In this document: positions 40,282-54,437 of the stretch, piece after piece
Numbering within the stretch: position 1 is the first letter of the stretch
Layout of the letters: the number at the start of each line of letters is the position of its first letter
NCBI GenBank assembly: GCA_977030845.1
Contig: OZ365110.1
Span: forward strand, 22,816,001 to 22,880,000
Source of the DNA: Fimbriosthenelais zetlandica
Taxonomy: Eukaryota
Length of the DNA stretch: 64,000 bases
Direction of reading: 5' to 3'
The notes under the pieces: generated by a model
Told to the model about the DNA's origin: nothing
Databases searched by the model: none
The model's input: only the letters and a program-made list of their open reading frames with translations
Position numbers and translations under genes: made by a program

Positions 40282-43200
40282 TCAGATGGTAATTAGGACG
40301 TTGGTGAGGGAATGGGCGTTCAAGGGCGTCAGTACAATTCATGTATACGGGATGAAAGGTTAAACTTTGTACAAACTTTAATTATGTTTTCAAGGAATTT
40401 CGAGAATGTGGCGTAGTAAACAATGACAGAATGGAATCTGGGCCAAGAAGTAAGGCATCGGAATTAAATATATTTTTCATATCTCATTTTGGGGTCTGAT
40501 TCACTGCCTCTGCATTTTATCTTTCAGAAGTATATTAAAGTACCTCCGTGCACATTCCCATGCCAATTTTAGTAGCAGAACACATGTTTTGAGTAAATGT
40601 AGGGCATGATTAACATAGTCATATAATTGTATGGCTTTCTTTCAGAAAATTTCCTATTATATTTTTTTTATAACGTAATAACACCTTTGTGTGATATCTA
40701 CTGATCACGTATTTGTGCCTTTAAGGCATCCGTTGATTTACCCTAATGATATTATACTAAATGCAAATAGTGACAAAAATTAAATGTTATGTTGATGAGG
40801 GTGGCAGGATAAACCACTATAAATTAAACGGTTGTTAATGACTCTGTCAGGGGGAATGGAGAGCTCTGTGAGGAAAGGTAAACAGGCCTTTTTAATTCCC
40901 TAACATACTACGTTTTTCTACGGTTGTTAATCATAAATTAACATTTTTAATGCCCATATGCCAAAGGAGGAAGGTTACTGCTCAAAATCCAACACCCGCC
41001 GGTTTGGCACAGCAGATCAAGCAATATGAGATAAAACATTTATATATCTCCAGTATACAAGATCTTACTCATTTCCTTGGCAGGACTGAAGACAAAGATG
41101 AAGATATATATACTGGATTTTTCGGTCATTACTAATAATAAAAATTATTTGTCATTTGTTTTGAGTAAGCCAAGGTTTAGCCAAGGAGTATGCCAAGTAG
41201 GCTGGCAAAAATCCACATGACCTGTATTTTTAGTTTACGGTAATATCAATGACATTTACGACCAAAAGCAGTAAACTAATGGTAGGATTTACAGTGAAAA
41301 TGTAAAATAGGAGAAAGACCTTCAGGCTGCACACATCATTTGTTGCATTCAAATGAAACACGAGCTGCCGACGCCTTTCTTTATGGCCTGGTCAATTGGA
41401 GAGACATCCAACTTGGAGTGACATAAGGAGTGTCAAATTCTAGACAATGTAGCTATCCTGCGATTAGATTACAGCCGACGTACACTTCCAAATACCCACA
41501 GACAACTACCTCGAACACCAATAAATCCTCAAACCGCCATCCTCTAATACTTACCATGTACTGTTGTGCAATACAAGGTAACACATATTATGATAGATGT
41601 GTAATTTGGGGGATAACAATTGGCATTATCTTGATGTATGTATATTGCATATGATCACTTGTACGTCGGGTGGTTAGTCACATATATAGCTATGATCGTT
41701 TATCATGTTTGTAGGGTAGGGGGAAGGGGTGGTCTCCTGCCCTAAAAACTTAACCTAGCATACCTCTGAATATTGCCAGCATCATATTTGCTCCTCTGCA
41801 GAGAGCATGGATGCAATCCTACCTGTGTCATTTGTGATGACAGACACCAAATGATTTATCGTAAAGTGCAAATATCAACAGACGGTGGCGTGTATAGAAG
41901 ACGTGTACATTGTCATTAAAATCATCTGAAACATACACAGATGTATAGTACACAAAATGCTATAGACTCTATTATATGGATTGGGTTGACACAATTTTGA
42001 ATCCTTGAACGAGATGGGGAATGTGAATGAAGGGTAATAGTAAGGAATGTTACTGAATTTTCACCCAGTGCATTTACATGCAGATACGTCATGTCGAAGC
42101 CATATTCTAGTATTACATGTAAAAAGATATTTCGATCAGAAAGTGGGGATTTGAATAAGTCTCTCCTCAGAAGTTACTTCAGAAATGATTCTATTATTTC
42201 TAAACGAAGTGATATATTTCTCTGTCAACCAACGCTGAGGTAGCAATCATTTGAAAGCTCAAAAAAGGATCCTTGGCGAATTCACAAAACTAAAATACTC
42301 ATTAATGCCATAGATTTCTAGCCAAAACAACCAAGTTATGGACATGAATGGGGGAGTCTATATAGACACTGTATCGTATTGAGACATTGGAGCCATATAC
42401 ATGCTATTCATGCTTTAAGGAACACCTGTTTTCTGGCTTTGAATTACAACCTGAATCATGTAGTGACCCTCTTTTTTGATCTCTGGTATGTCACCCTTGT
42501 CACCAGACAGGTCTTTCCTTGTACACAGAGGTATACGTGTAGAGAAACTGAGCCCAGCCAGCAGCCTGCTGCTTTCACAACCAACCAGAGGATTCTATCA
42601 TTTGATCTAAATCACAACATTAATTCAAACCTAGATAATGTGCTTTGTTCATGGTTTCACTTTTGGAAAAGATCTGGCAAAAGGAAAGAAAAAAGCATGG
42701 CATGTTGGATTGTGAATGACACAAGCATTGGAATAAGAATGGAAGGCATATGAAGATATTTGAGGACAAACGGTAAGCTAAAAAATATATAGATAAATCA
42801 CATGCAAGGGAAAAAGGACAGGAAACTGGGAGCATTGGAAAATGAGGGAAAATGAGAATTGGGAACCTTTGAAGAAACAAGAGAAGGAGAAGAGAGAAAG
42901 AAAAATGCAGAGAGGAAAGGAGATCTAGTCTGCAGCTGGGTTTGTGCTATTCATAGACATAAATCCTAGCAAACAAAGTAAACCTGGCAACCTAAAAGGA
43001 TGTTTATGGGGCATGCACCGTACCATTACTTATTTGATGCTCTGATAGAAATCTCTCTTTGCAGGTTGCAACCCCCTCATTTCCAGGGCTCAATTAAGTG
43101 GTGTACTGGTATATATTTGCAATTGGGCGTACCTGTAATTAAATACCTCAGTAATTGCTAGAGGCCATGCTTCGTTGCGCCTGCTGCAATAAGAGCTAAA

Positions 43201-43406
43201 CAGAGAGTGGTGGAAAGCCTGGAAAAAGAACACATTCCACAAATACACAAATCCACAGCCTCAACTTGGATCTTAAATTGGGAGATCCAGCAAAGCAAGG
43301 GAGACATGATCCCAGCCTGACATACATCACTTGTCTCTCACTCTTGTCACTCAAGCATTAAGCTCAGGTGGGACTTTTTCACCAGACAAAAGCTGAAGTG
43401 ACTTAC

Positions 43407-46198
43407 CTGTCGATCAGGTTCACCATAGTTGGGGATCTTCAGACCTGACCCAATGGGGCCACGCGATGCCGACACGTTAGCCCGTCCAGACATCATACTT
43501 GATCCTTGCTTCTCTTCCTCCTTATCAGTCTTTTCCACCTTCTCTTCCCCCTCTTCCTTTTCACCCTCCTGCCCTTCACTCTTCGTATCCGTAACAGCCT
43601 TGCGTTCCGTTTCCGTCCCGTTATTTGGTGCCGTTTCGCTTATGGTTCCTTCCCCGACCAATTCATCAGATGATCTTTGAGTTTGATCATCTTCAGTGTT
43701 TTTCACCTGAAGCTCCTCCTTCTTGTCCTCTGCTTTAGTCACCTCCTCCTCCTCGTCGTCGTCCTCGTCTCTCGAGGTATCAGTCACGGCTCTGGGGGTT
43801 TCGGTATCAGAATCAGAAGCTGAATCTGTATCAGACCAGCAGGAGGATGTCTGTGACTTGTTCTCCTGCCCTTCCTCCCCTTCCTCTATGTGACTATTAT
43901 CACCCTGTGTCCTGGGGCTGTGACAAGAGTCAGTATCCGACACTGCCTCTGTAGACGACCCCTCACTCTCCCCCTCCTCCTCACTCCTCCCTCCCTTCTC
44001 TTCAGTACTACTTCCTTCAGAATCACTCAGGCATTTTTCACCTTTGTTCATGCCAGAGAGCGACGAACTGCCCGAGTCGACACTGTCGTTATGAGAGCTC
44101 ACTTCTTCCTCCGAGCCCCCCACATTCTGCCTCCTCAGCCCCTCCTTCTGGTAATCCGTACTGTTTAGTTGTTGTCCGTCTATGTCTAGCTCAGAGGGTG
44201 ACAGACCTCTACAGGTGGACCCTTCTCCACTGTTTACATTCTCTCCAAGCTCGCCTAAAGGATCTGCTATGGCAGAAGGATCCGGAGACGAAGTAGAAAG
44301 TCCTTCTTGTGGATGGTAGGAATGCTGGGTGTTGTACGGCAGGCCGCTACTGCCCTGTTTGGTGTGTGCTATACTTGCTGTGCTCACAGACACCTTGCCA
44401 ACGGTGGGGTTGGTTGGAAGATGCGCTTGGGTGCCTCTCTGATCCTCTCCAACATGACTACCATCACCACTTGTATCTGGTTGTGCTGTGGAGTCTCCAG
44501 TAATCAGCTTGTTCACTGGGGCATGATGATCCAACACATCCCTCTCTCCCACCTCCATATTCCCCTCTATACTATGTCCCACTACAGAAATAAGAGTAAC
44601 TTCTCCAATATCACTCTCTTCTGAGTCCTCTACTTCTTCTCTTTCCTCTTCTTCTTCACTGCTCTCTTCACTAGTAACAGATTGCTGGTCAGAGATTTCA
44701 CTGTCTGTTGTAGAAACTACACTGTTTTCTGATTCAATTTTGTCAACTTCGCCTTCAGTTGAAACACATGAAGCTGTATCACTATCTTGTCCTTGGTCGT
44801 CTCCACAGCTGTCGCCCTCCCCTTCTTCCTCTTGTAGAGTTAAAGTCTTCTCTGCCTCTTCTTGTTCTTCCTCCTCCTCTTCTGTCACTTCATCTAATAT
44901 CCCTGATTCAGAATGCTCATTTACTCTTAATCGATGTAAAGGGTATTGATTTCCATTCTCTGGGTCCTCTTCCTCCTCCCCATCTCCATCACTGTCATCG
45001 TTCAGTTTTACAACACTGATCCTCAGATTGCTTTTAGTGGGGAAAGTGTCAGCATCGCCCTCAAGGCTGTCCGTCTCAGGCTCCGAAGAGTCAGAGGTCT
45101 CAACACTCTGCCTCCTCACGAAGGTAGGCACCGGAGAAATAGTGGGACCAAACTCAAAATCTGGATCCACATGCTGGCTTTTACCAGATTTAACCATCTG
45201 TGGAGGGATAGAGGAAATGGGTGCTTGGTCGTGGGTCATGACCATGTTGCCACTAGGGTCATATCTTGGCAATAATTCCGGAATGTCTTGGAGAAGATCT
45301 TCCCCTTCAGCGTTCCAGATCGATGGGTTGGCAGCTGGAGGCTCCATTTTAGGTGGTTTCCTTTGGGTATACTTGGCCATAAGTTTATCTAATTTCTTCC
45401 TAAGCTCCGATTCAGTTCTGGCATTTTTAGTCTTATTGTTCTCATTGTTATCTGAATCTACACCATCCCCTTCAATTAAATCTAAAGTTTGTATTATGTT
45501 TGCCCCAGAAATGTTGTTAGCAGTCAAGGCAATGATTTGATTAGGAGTCAGCCTATCCTCCATGGCTGCTGCAGAAAGTAAATTGGCATAGTTAACATTT
45601 TTAGCATCAGCCAGGGCCTGCAGGCTTGTTGTGGTGCCAGGCGTTTCACTTTTGTTTGCGCTGCCAGATTGTTCTTGACTTTGGCCAGGAACAGGACTTG
45701 TATGCTTACTGGACCTTGGGGACCAAACTACCTGGAAGGCTGAATCCTGGCTCACCCCTAGATCCATTGCTGGCACTGGACTGTTCACCTGGCTTAGGGT
45801 CGGGGTAACTACCACAGGTGAGGTTAATAAACTTGGTGTCTTCACTGAGTCCTCTCCTGCACTCTCGCTCCCACTACTTGGAATTTCCACCATTTTGATT
45901 TCCCCATTGTCCACCAAAGCCTTCATTCTAGACACTTTAGGAGGTGAGGGTAGAACTACGGAAGTGCCCTGGCTTTTAACCAAGGCTTTTTTGTATTCTT
46001 CGATACTGTTACGAAAGGACACTGGAGGGGTTATAGCGCCAAATTCTAGCCGATCATCGTCATCGCCGATATCTTTGCTGTTTGCGTTTCTATGATGAGG
46101 GCATTCTTCTGTTAAGGTTTCTTTACTTTCAGGGTGACTGGAAGAGGGGGCATCTGCTCGACATTCCTCCATAGGGCTATCATGGTAAGACATCGAAT
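43407..46198 (-). CDS. KNDC1: KNDC1-like giant exon: ~930-aa Asp/Glu/Ser-rich low-complexity linker between KIND1 and KIND2
   Basis: This is the 948-aa ORF 43347..46193. Acceptor ttttcttttattcacag|AT TCG ATG is phase 1 (G+AT = Asp, in frame with MSYHDSP). Donor GAT CGA CAG|gtaagt at 43407 is phase 0. The last 19 ORF residues (VSHFSF...) are intron read-through. Confidence 0.88.
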
Positions 46199-49100
46199 CT
46201 GTGAATAAAAGAAAATTATTCTCATCATTTAAGTAGTTTTATGACAGAAAATGACTGATAAACAAGTTGACTGGCTCCTTGGGAATGTAATAATACAGAG
46301 TGATATATTGTCAGTCATGACAAATGCACCAGTTCCCCTGGATGAAATAAAGAGCGAAGCTTAAAGATTATGTTATCATGATGTATCTTTTTCACTTGAC
46401 ACGCAGGGCTAGGTTCCTATGGGTCTTATATGAAAAGGACGTAAAAACTGGAGGATAAGAGTCTTTTATATAAAGGTGAAGTAAACAGTTCACAGTCCAG
46501 TTGTGGACCTAATGAACATTGCCTACAATAGGAGAACTGTATAATTCATGACAAATTGATTGACAAGATTGTAGGGCTGGAGGATCAACTTCGAGGCAGG
46601 GGACAGAAAGAGGAGGCGTGGTTCACAGAAGTATCCTGGTGTAACGCCTGTTTGCTGATCATATGTAAAGATAGGTTAGGTAGAAGCAGTAGAAACAGTG
46701 AAATGAAGGTGACGGAGGGAGAGACACAGAAAGAGAGGGAGGGAACAAATAATGGGGGATGTGGAGAATAGAAACAGGGAAAGAATAGAAGGAAAACAGA
46801 ACATTGTTTCATAGGTGCTTAATGAAATGCCAACTCAAAACTAGATATAAATTTCAGAATAAAAACTTCATGTCAAAAAATAAAATTATTCAAATTACAA
46901 TTGATTCTGCTGATGGGGCAGCATGTGTAGTATAAAATCATGATATTGATATCCCTGTGTACTGTCTGTCATCATTGTCAGAATTATAAAAAGATTTGAT
47001 GTATTATACTTTTAGATGCATGCATAGAAGTATGCAAACAATTTCTATTCGAAGAATGTGACCTTAGTTCCTCGACATTGAGATAACAATAAAATGCTGA
47101 GAACATTCCAAGAGATCTACAGTTAGAAATCTACTGACTTCATGGTCTGTTAAAGAGTTTATGTGGGGTTAAGGCAGGAGTAATATACTAACAATCAATG
47201 GTTGAGAGGGAACGGAAGAAGGTGGAAGTGGAACGAGGGAATGACGAATCGATAGAACGAACGAAAGAACAAACGACAAGGCCCCGGGAAAAGAAGGAAA
47301 AGTAAAGAAAGATGCTCTAACTGAAGAAAACAAAAAGGAAGGAAAGAAGCTGGGGGAGGTTATAAGGGATCCAGCAAGGAAGAAGAGAGACTTGTGATGC
47401 ACGAGTAGTCCATGTTTGAGGTGTAGTAGAAGCCGCCGGGGGCCACTAAACAAGGACGACACAAGACAAACTCTACCAAGCACGATCCAAACAAGAAATT
47501 CTGGTTGAAGAAGAAGCAGCAGAAAAGGTGGACACCCTCAGCCTTCTCTCCCACCACCATCTACCTCTATGTTTGTCCACGTACAAGATAGGCAAACATC
47601 CATACCTACCCTCTATGGGAAATGGGCATCAACCCCTCAAAATAAACCATCTTCAGTTTTCCTTCCAACAAAAACCCCATACCCCACTTGAAACGTTATA
47701 GGTGGTACAACATGAAAACTATTTTTTTGTGGAGATTTATATATATAGTGGTCAAGCTCAGATGATAGCATAGTTGATATTAGTAGCTGCATTAATAATG
47801 TGTCACTATATTTTAATTATAAATTTAGTATACTGAGAAGTGGAGTGGGAATGAAGGAGCATGCGAGATTAATTGTATTGCCAGCTCTGATGTGTTGACT
47901 CAGGGATAATATTGGTTCTTCAGTTCACTGCTTTAAGGTCAAACCAAGGCTGTCAAAACGTGACTTCCAGGCATATTTGCGCCGTGGAGAAGTGAAGGGA
48001 GAATGGGGTATGGGATCGAGCTCGATCCTCAGTACATTCAATCACCCCACATCCAAATATGTTTACACCCTGTCATTAAAAAGCTGCGGCCAAGCACCTG
48101 AGAGTTCGATGATCTACCGTATTTCATTATATAAAGACAAATTTGTATATATCCATTCACGCATCAGTCAAAAATATTTGATGGACAAATAAATTTGAAT
48201 TATATTTAATAGATTTCAAGTGAATTCCATCATACCAAGCCTCTGTACATTTGACAGAGAACGAAATATTTTTAGTGACACAATGACACTTTCCCAGGTC
48301 AACTAGTCCCCATTGCCAAGTAAACTAAAGGCACTTAATGTGCAAACACGGCTTCACATATCGGATTAGTGCAGGTGTGACGACAGGTTTACAGTTTGCC
48401 TGGAAACTGTTTGCAGATCCTTGTGACCGAGGGTGTGATTTAGGCCAATATATGTAACAGGATTACCATGGAAATTCTTATAAAGTATGATATTAGCAAT
48501 CAGTTGGTTCCCTTGGGAATTCATGAAATATACACGAGGATTATCAGGCCTAATTATAAAAATATATAAGAAATATACATTTATTTTTCTTATTTCTTGA
48601 ATTTTTGGACATATTATAATCATAACAATCCCTATCGGCCCTATTTAACCCTATTTCACCCAGTACAGTGTGCTTTCTAATAGAATCCATGCTATGTCAA
48701 GCAGTTGTCGGATCTTCCGAGCATGAATGGGCCTAGGTTTTATAGAGTTAAGGCATTTTTAACCAGTGTTGGTCTAAATGCTGCTCCGACATCAGAAAGG
48801 GAATGTTTGTTCTTCACACCTGTCACTAAATTTTGGTAACTCGCATGATAATAGGTGATAAAATTGAAGGGCGGAGGAAAGCGTCCTATCTTCCGACGTT
48901 AATTGAAAGGCTTGACTTGTATATAACGAGTTGGAGCTGGCGCGATGTCAATGTAATCCACTTATCTCTACCCTCCCTTAAAGTTAATTTCAAGGATTTA
49001 ACAATAGTGGACAAAGTTCCTCTTCAACTTTTCGTATGTTCTGCCCAAGCCTAATGCAATAAGATGGATAACGCTTCTTTGTTCTATTAATTCAGAATAA

Positions 49101-50668
49101 TTTCTCACCTTGACTTATTACATTTTAAAATCAACTCTACCAATTAATGATAATTAAGAAAGCATACAATGATGCAATAATGTATTGCGCAATATGTATA
49201 TTACTCAATTATACTAGTGAATAACATCATAATTATCATCATAATCATGCATTATACTGTCTTCAAATGTCAAGAAAAACAGCCATTCCTCTGAATGCCA
49301 AGGTGGGGGGTAAACACGGGAAAGTGATTTGAGACGAGAATGGCATGGATAAATGGCTAATAAAAAGGGAATATAAATTGGTTCTTGTGCACATATAGAA
49401 ACCAGGTGTTTGTCACCTAATATTTCATCGGCTAATTATTGGAGGGGTTGAGAGGAAAAATCCCGGTGTTTATTACATAAGTCACATTCTCAATCTCAGA
49501 GCCTTCTGCGTAGCATATTTCCACATTGTGATTGGGCAAGTACCTGCCTTGGGAGCATTAGAGAATTGCCAGATTTGAATGAGAAATTTTTACCATTTTT
49601 TACCATTTCAATAAATAAATAACGGACTTGTGAATCTTTTGATATATATGGTTTCAGATTAGGTTGCTACATTTAAGGGAGAAGATCATAAGTGAGCTCC
49701 TAAAATATTTGGGGTATTCTGCCTAGTTTTCCCCTAGGCTTAAGTTCCTTAAAACCTAAAGAAATATACTATACAGTAGCTTAAACATCTTGATCAGATG
49801 TACTTTATAATAACACTCTAGTAAGGACTAAGTTTGTTTGAAAAACAGAACAAAACTTTTAGCCAACATAGATCGAGTCTACTCACTGTCCAGACATGAT
49901 AGATTAAGGAAGTGGTCACTCGGGGGCAGCACCTAGTGTATGGGAGTGTCTGGTTCAAGTTTTTCACACAAGGGGACACCGGGAGAAGAGAGGTGAAGAG
50001 AGGTCACGGACTCACTGACTCAGTGAAACACTTTGCACCAGCATTGAAATACATTTAGATCTAACAGTAAAATTGGGGAAACTAATGACGAAAAAAAATG
50101 TAAAGAAAGAAAATGTGTGACTCTTCAAGTCAAAGAAATATATAAATAGGCCTATATTAGATGGACAGTAAATAGCCACAGTTGAGGTGGCACCTAGTGG
50201 CCATGTGTGTCCACCTGTGGCAGTGGCACCCACACGGCAGTACTCTGTACATTCGTTCATTTCGCACTGGCCAGTTCTTTGGATTTTTGTTCTTTCTCAA
50301 TAAAACTACGGCTATCTCATCGACGCCGGCTTCGATACAACCATACGTTTACTTTGTAATTGTTAGGATAGGACAAGGACAGTTATAAGAAGGAAAGGAG
50401 AAGAAATAGAGAGATAGAGGTGGAGAGAGAGGTGGAGAAGGATATAAATTTACTATAAGAAGAAAGTACTTGAATGAAATTTACATTCGCTTCTGCTAAT
50501 CACTTCCTCAAAGAATGTGCCCAGACCAATAAACTTCAAGTATGAAACCAAAGAAATTAAATACAAATACATCTGGGACGTAATATTATTGAGCTGTCTA
50601 TAAAGTCATTCATCATTATAAGTCTGGCGGGCCTCCAATATAGAAATTATCTACATAAATATACTCAC

Positions 50669-50741
50669 CATCTGTGTCAGCGGATGAGTCCAACTTGGCG
50701 ATGGAAGCCATCTGCATACATAACCGCTGTGAGCATTTTCC
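50669..50741 (-). CDS. KNDC1: KNDC1-like coding exon (end of KIND domain 1)
   Basis: gttgacag|GGA AAA TGC TCA CAG CGG TTA TGT ATG ... ACA GAT G|gtgagt; 73 nt = GKCSQRLCMQMASIAKLDSSADTD+G. It resembles the CxxxC helix after KIND1 (SSCRVCRSL). Phase 0 in, phase 1 out, matching both neighbours. Confidence 0.85.
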
Positions 50742-51387
50742 CTGTCAACACCAAATCACAATTATCTCAGATATTGCAAATAATACAAGCAGAGAAAAAC
50801 CAACATGAGAGAGATTGTCGCTTGTACTTATATTTTTAGTACATGTACAGGCCACACACTGAGAAAATATAGAAAAAAAATATCCACAATTCATACCTTT
50901 GAAATATAATATTCCGAGGGGAAACATAATTTATGTGTTTGAGAGCTGTTTTGTACATTGTAATGGATCTTGGATCATATTCCCGTTAATTTTAAAAGGG
51001 ACAATGATGAAGTTAAATAGTCTGATAGTCAGAAGTTTTAATACAAAAATATCATGTTGCTTCAAGAGACTAATGGTGAAACCTGAACTCAACTAGAAGC
51101 ATGGTCGATCATTTTCCTCTTATGAATTGGCTGTGTTAAAATGTTTTTATTTATAACACAAAACATCAGATAAAGAATAGAGTACAAATAAAAATGTCAA
51201 ACATTTCAAAATCTGTCCATAAAATAAAACTGAAATTACTGTATTAAAGGTTCCAGTAAGGTTATAATGCCACAGCTAGGATCTTGTTAAACGGTCATGT
51301 ACCATATGGCTAACAAAGGAAATTATGGACATTTTGTGGTTTATAGAAATACATTGTGGTCAAGAGGAATGGCGTAGTAATAGCTAC

Positions 51388-51567
51388 CTTGAGATTTGCT
51401 TCACAGAGCCGCATCACCTCTGCGAGGCTGGCTCTCTCGTCGTAATCCTCCGCCGTCATCCGGGCAACCAAAGCACTAAGTTCTTCTTCCATGCCAACCG
51501 TCTCTGATTCTCCAGCATTGTACTCAGCAGCAAAGAGCAGAGTCATCCCCAGAGAGAATAAGTGGGC
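51388..51567 (-). CDS. KNDC1: KNDC1-like coding exon (KIND domain 1 core)
   Basis: ctcattgtttcag|GCC CAC ... CTC AAG|gtagct; 180 nt = AHLFSLGMTLLFAAEYNAGESETVGMEEELSALVARMTAEDYDERASLAEVMRLCEANLK. It aligns with KIND AHIYSLGATL...LEALLSRMQAEDPGDRPDLESIIALCEEKL and lies inside ORF 51310..51576. Phase 0/0. Confidence 0.93.
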
Positions 51568-54437
51568 CTGAAACAATGAGAAATTATTGTAAAAGAAGGA
51601 GAATTTATTGGTAATGACTGGATAATGAGATGATTAATGTCCACATGACAGCCTGAAATTGTAGGTGACCTGCAAATGCATTTTATTTCTAATTTAATGA
51701 GTTTTAGACTGTGGTTTTCATTGTTTCTTAGGTTACATCATAGATACTATTATCTATGGTTACATCAAAATAATTAGTAGAAATCTTTTATAGTCACATT
51801 CGCAGTATTCTTTTTTATAAAATTGGAAGAAAAAACTATATAATTACCTCTTTGCATGTCTTGGAATTTTGTTTTAAAAAGGCAAAGGCCCAAATCAAAC
51901 GCAGAGATATAAAAGTCAGAGAACATGCTTCTTATTTTTACTGCAAAGATTACTTCTAATTATGATGAGAGACTCTCACGAGAAGATCTTGCCATAATTT
52001 GACATAAAATATTGGTTCTGTTAATGGACACTCATTCCTCCCAGGTGTTTCCCCTTCATTATGTACATAGATTTGATGCACCTCATGTTGGAACCTCATT
52101 AATGCATTACCTTCCTAATTAATAAATAGCCTCAGAAACAGAGGTATCTCGAGTCAAACGCATCCTGATTTATCTATATTATGCAGCCCTAAGTACATCA
52201 CCTGCTGGTATAGTTTTGTATTTCCATGTATATTTACCGGTAGTCATGCCCTTAATGGTAATAGCACATTGATTGGAATTAAATCAGAATTAAACCTTCT
52301 CTATTATAATTATTAAGTCACAGGTTGTTCAAAGCAGGAACAAAGATACAAAGATGTGCACAAGCTGGATACAGATGTTATTCCCCTCAATGAGTCAACT
52401 TTCACTAAACAATATTGGCCTCACTATTGGTTCATTTTGGGGTCATTGGCCGGAATGGCTCATATTTGAGGGGCTGAACACCCAAGATGCAGATCGTCGG
52501 TTTATTTTCAATTCATTCTCCAAATTGTTATGCCATTTGCCTGTTCATCAACCATCCAATAAAAGCCTGCTATATTTCCAATCAGAATGCAGAAACAGAC
52601 AGAATATATCGAAGGTAAGGAAGGTGGATCTACGTGAGGTCTTCTTTTGACCCATCCATGACACCTGCAGGGCTCTACAACGTTTTGCTTTGATCAAGAA
52701 GGGCGCCAGCTGGTAATAAATAATATTTTATGAAAAATGGTTATCATATCCTGTACGATATTTTGTATCCAATTGAACTATATATGAAATTCAGGTGAGC
52801 CTCTCCAGTGAATGCGTGGAAAATCATCTACATGTATTTAAAAGCAATTATCATCCCAGCTTATTAAAGTAAAATATCACTACATTCATGATTCAGTTCT
52901 CCTTCCATAATGCAACGAAAAGTAGATGTATACATACGCTGTTGTATATGTGGATGTAGGCATATTTTGATAATTTATTATGATTTGAAAATATTGAGGA
53001 TCATTGCTTAGACATAAAAACACATTACAATGTGTTAATTGATCCTAGCAATCTTATATCTATTATTTATAGATCTATACAATTCACCACAATGAAATAT
53101 AGTTTTCATATCATAAATTTGTTTTTGGCGTTTTCGACGTCATATTTTATCGAGGCACACAGTAGGTGGGGATTACAAATAACCAGACCTGTGGTTACAC
53201 ACATTTGTGCGTTGACCTTTTTGACCTTCCTTTCATCCTAAACACTGACCTTGACCCAGATCTTTGTCTGACCCTTCACTACTTTGGTGAGAGGATAGTT
53301 TTACACCAATATAATGTCCATAATCTTACGTCTAAATCATCTAAACAGGGGCGCGTCTCAACAAAGCTCTCTATACTACTAGCCCTGAAAACTACCATCA
53401 CCCACGAGACCCTGAGGGGCAATTTGGACACACTTTCCATGGAAGGGAAGTGTATAATTTTCATGCCATTGTCATGCAGCAACAGAGCATTTCTCGATGT
53501 TCCACAGATTGTTCTGGTTAAGGTGGGAGTGGGAGATGTGGTGGTTGGTGTGTGGAGTGATTGTAGGCCTACAGCTGGGTAATAGGACAATTATGGTCAG
53601 GTAAGGTCCTTATAACCGGTCACACGTGTTGCCACTTCCAATGATCCTTCCCCTTCATGATCGTCCCTCCACAAGTCAGACTCCCTCTCCTAACTCGCCA
53701 CAAAAACATGTAATTATGTCGCAATACTTCATAAAACTTCTTTTTTCCCAGTGGCAGGTTTATGGCGCCATGTTGAAATAACTTTTTACTCCATTTTGAG
53801 GAAGGAAAGTAAAGAACTTTGCGACATAAATGGAATGTATATAGTCACATATGATTATTTGTAACCGATATATTTTGGCACAGACAGATGTATACAGGAG
53901 ATTTATCTATAATAGGAGTCTGTATTTCAAAATGCCAATTTTTATATTATATATCACCATTTCTAAAAATTCTGTATCAGCCTATACATAGGGGCCTACT
54001 GAAAATGAAAAAAAGTATATCACAATGAATGGGATCTTGCAAAAGCAGATTACTCAAAACTCATGATCCAGTGTGATATTAATTAAAGAGCACCTAACAC
54101 GTCACAAAAATAATAATTAACTTTATACTTAGAAAGTTCATTATCTCAAATAAAATGTAAAGATTATCAGTCTAATTAAATCTAATTTAATCTAATTAGT
54201 ATATCAATTATAACTGAAGATCTGAGGCACCAAATATAACAGGCAAAAACATCACGTTAGTTGTAGGTTCACCTTTAGTATTTTACAACCAAGACTCAAC
54301 AGAGTTTACCTTCAATGCACTTGTGTTGTATGTTAAAGTATATAAACATCCTGTACATATGTGATATTAAGATCTCAGAGCAGGCTGTCAGCCAAGCCTG
54401 GAGAGATGGTTGATAAACGAGGGGGAACACCACTCAC

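Larger units (their letters stand above)
8612..43406 (-). other. Predicted ~34.8-kb intron (phase 0) joining ...EPDRQ to SQTVQEIL...
   Basis: Donor and acceptor phases match and the joined peptide reads directly into the KIND2 start. I found no convincing intervening exon by eye, but small exons could be missed. Confidence 0.65.

Noticed and set aside
53330-53384. Exon-like segment ASSIESFVETRPCLDDLD with ag/gtaag ends
   Set aside because: Its open frame needs a phase-2 acceptor, but both possible upstream donors (62723, 54438) are phase 0; in phase 0 it stops at once.
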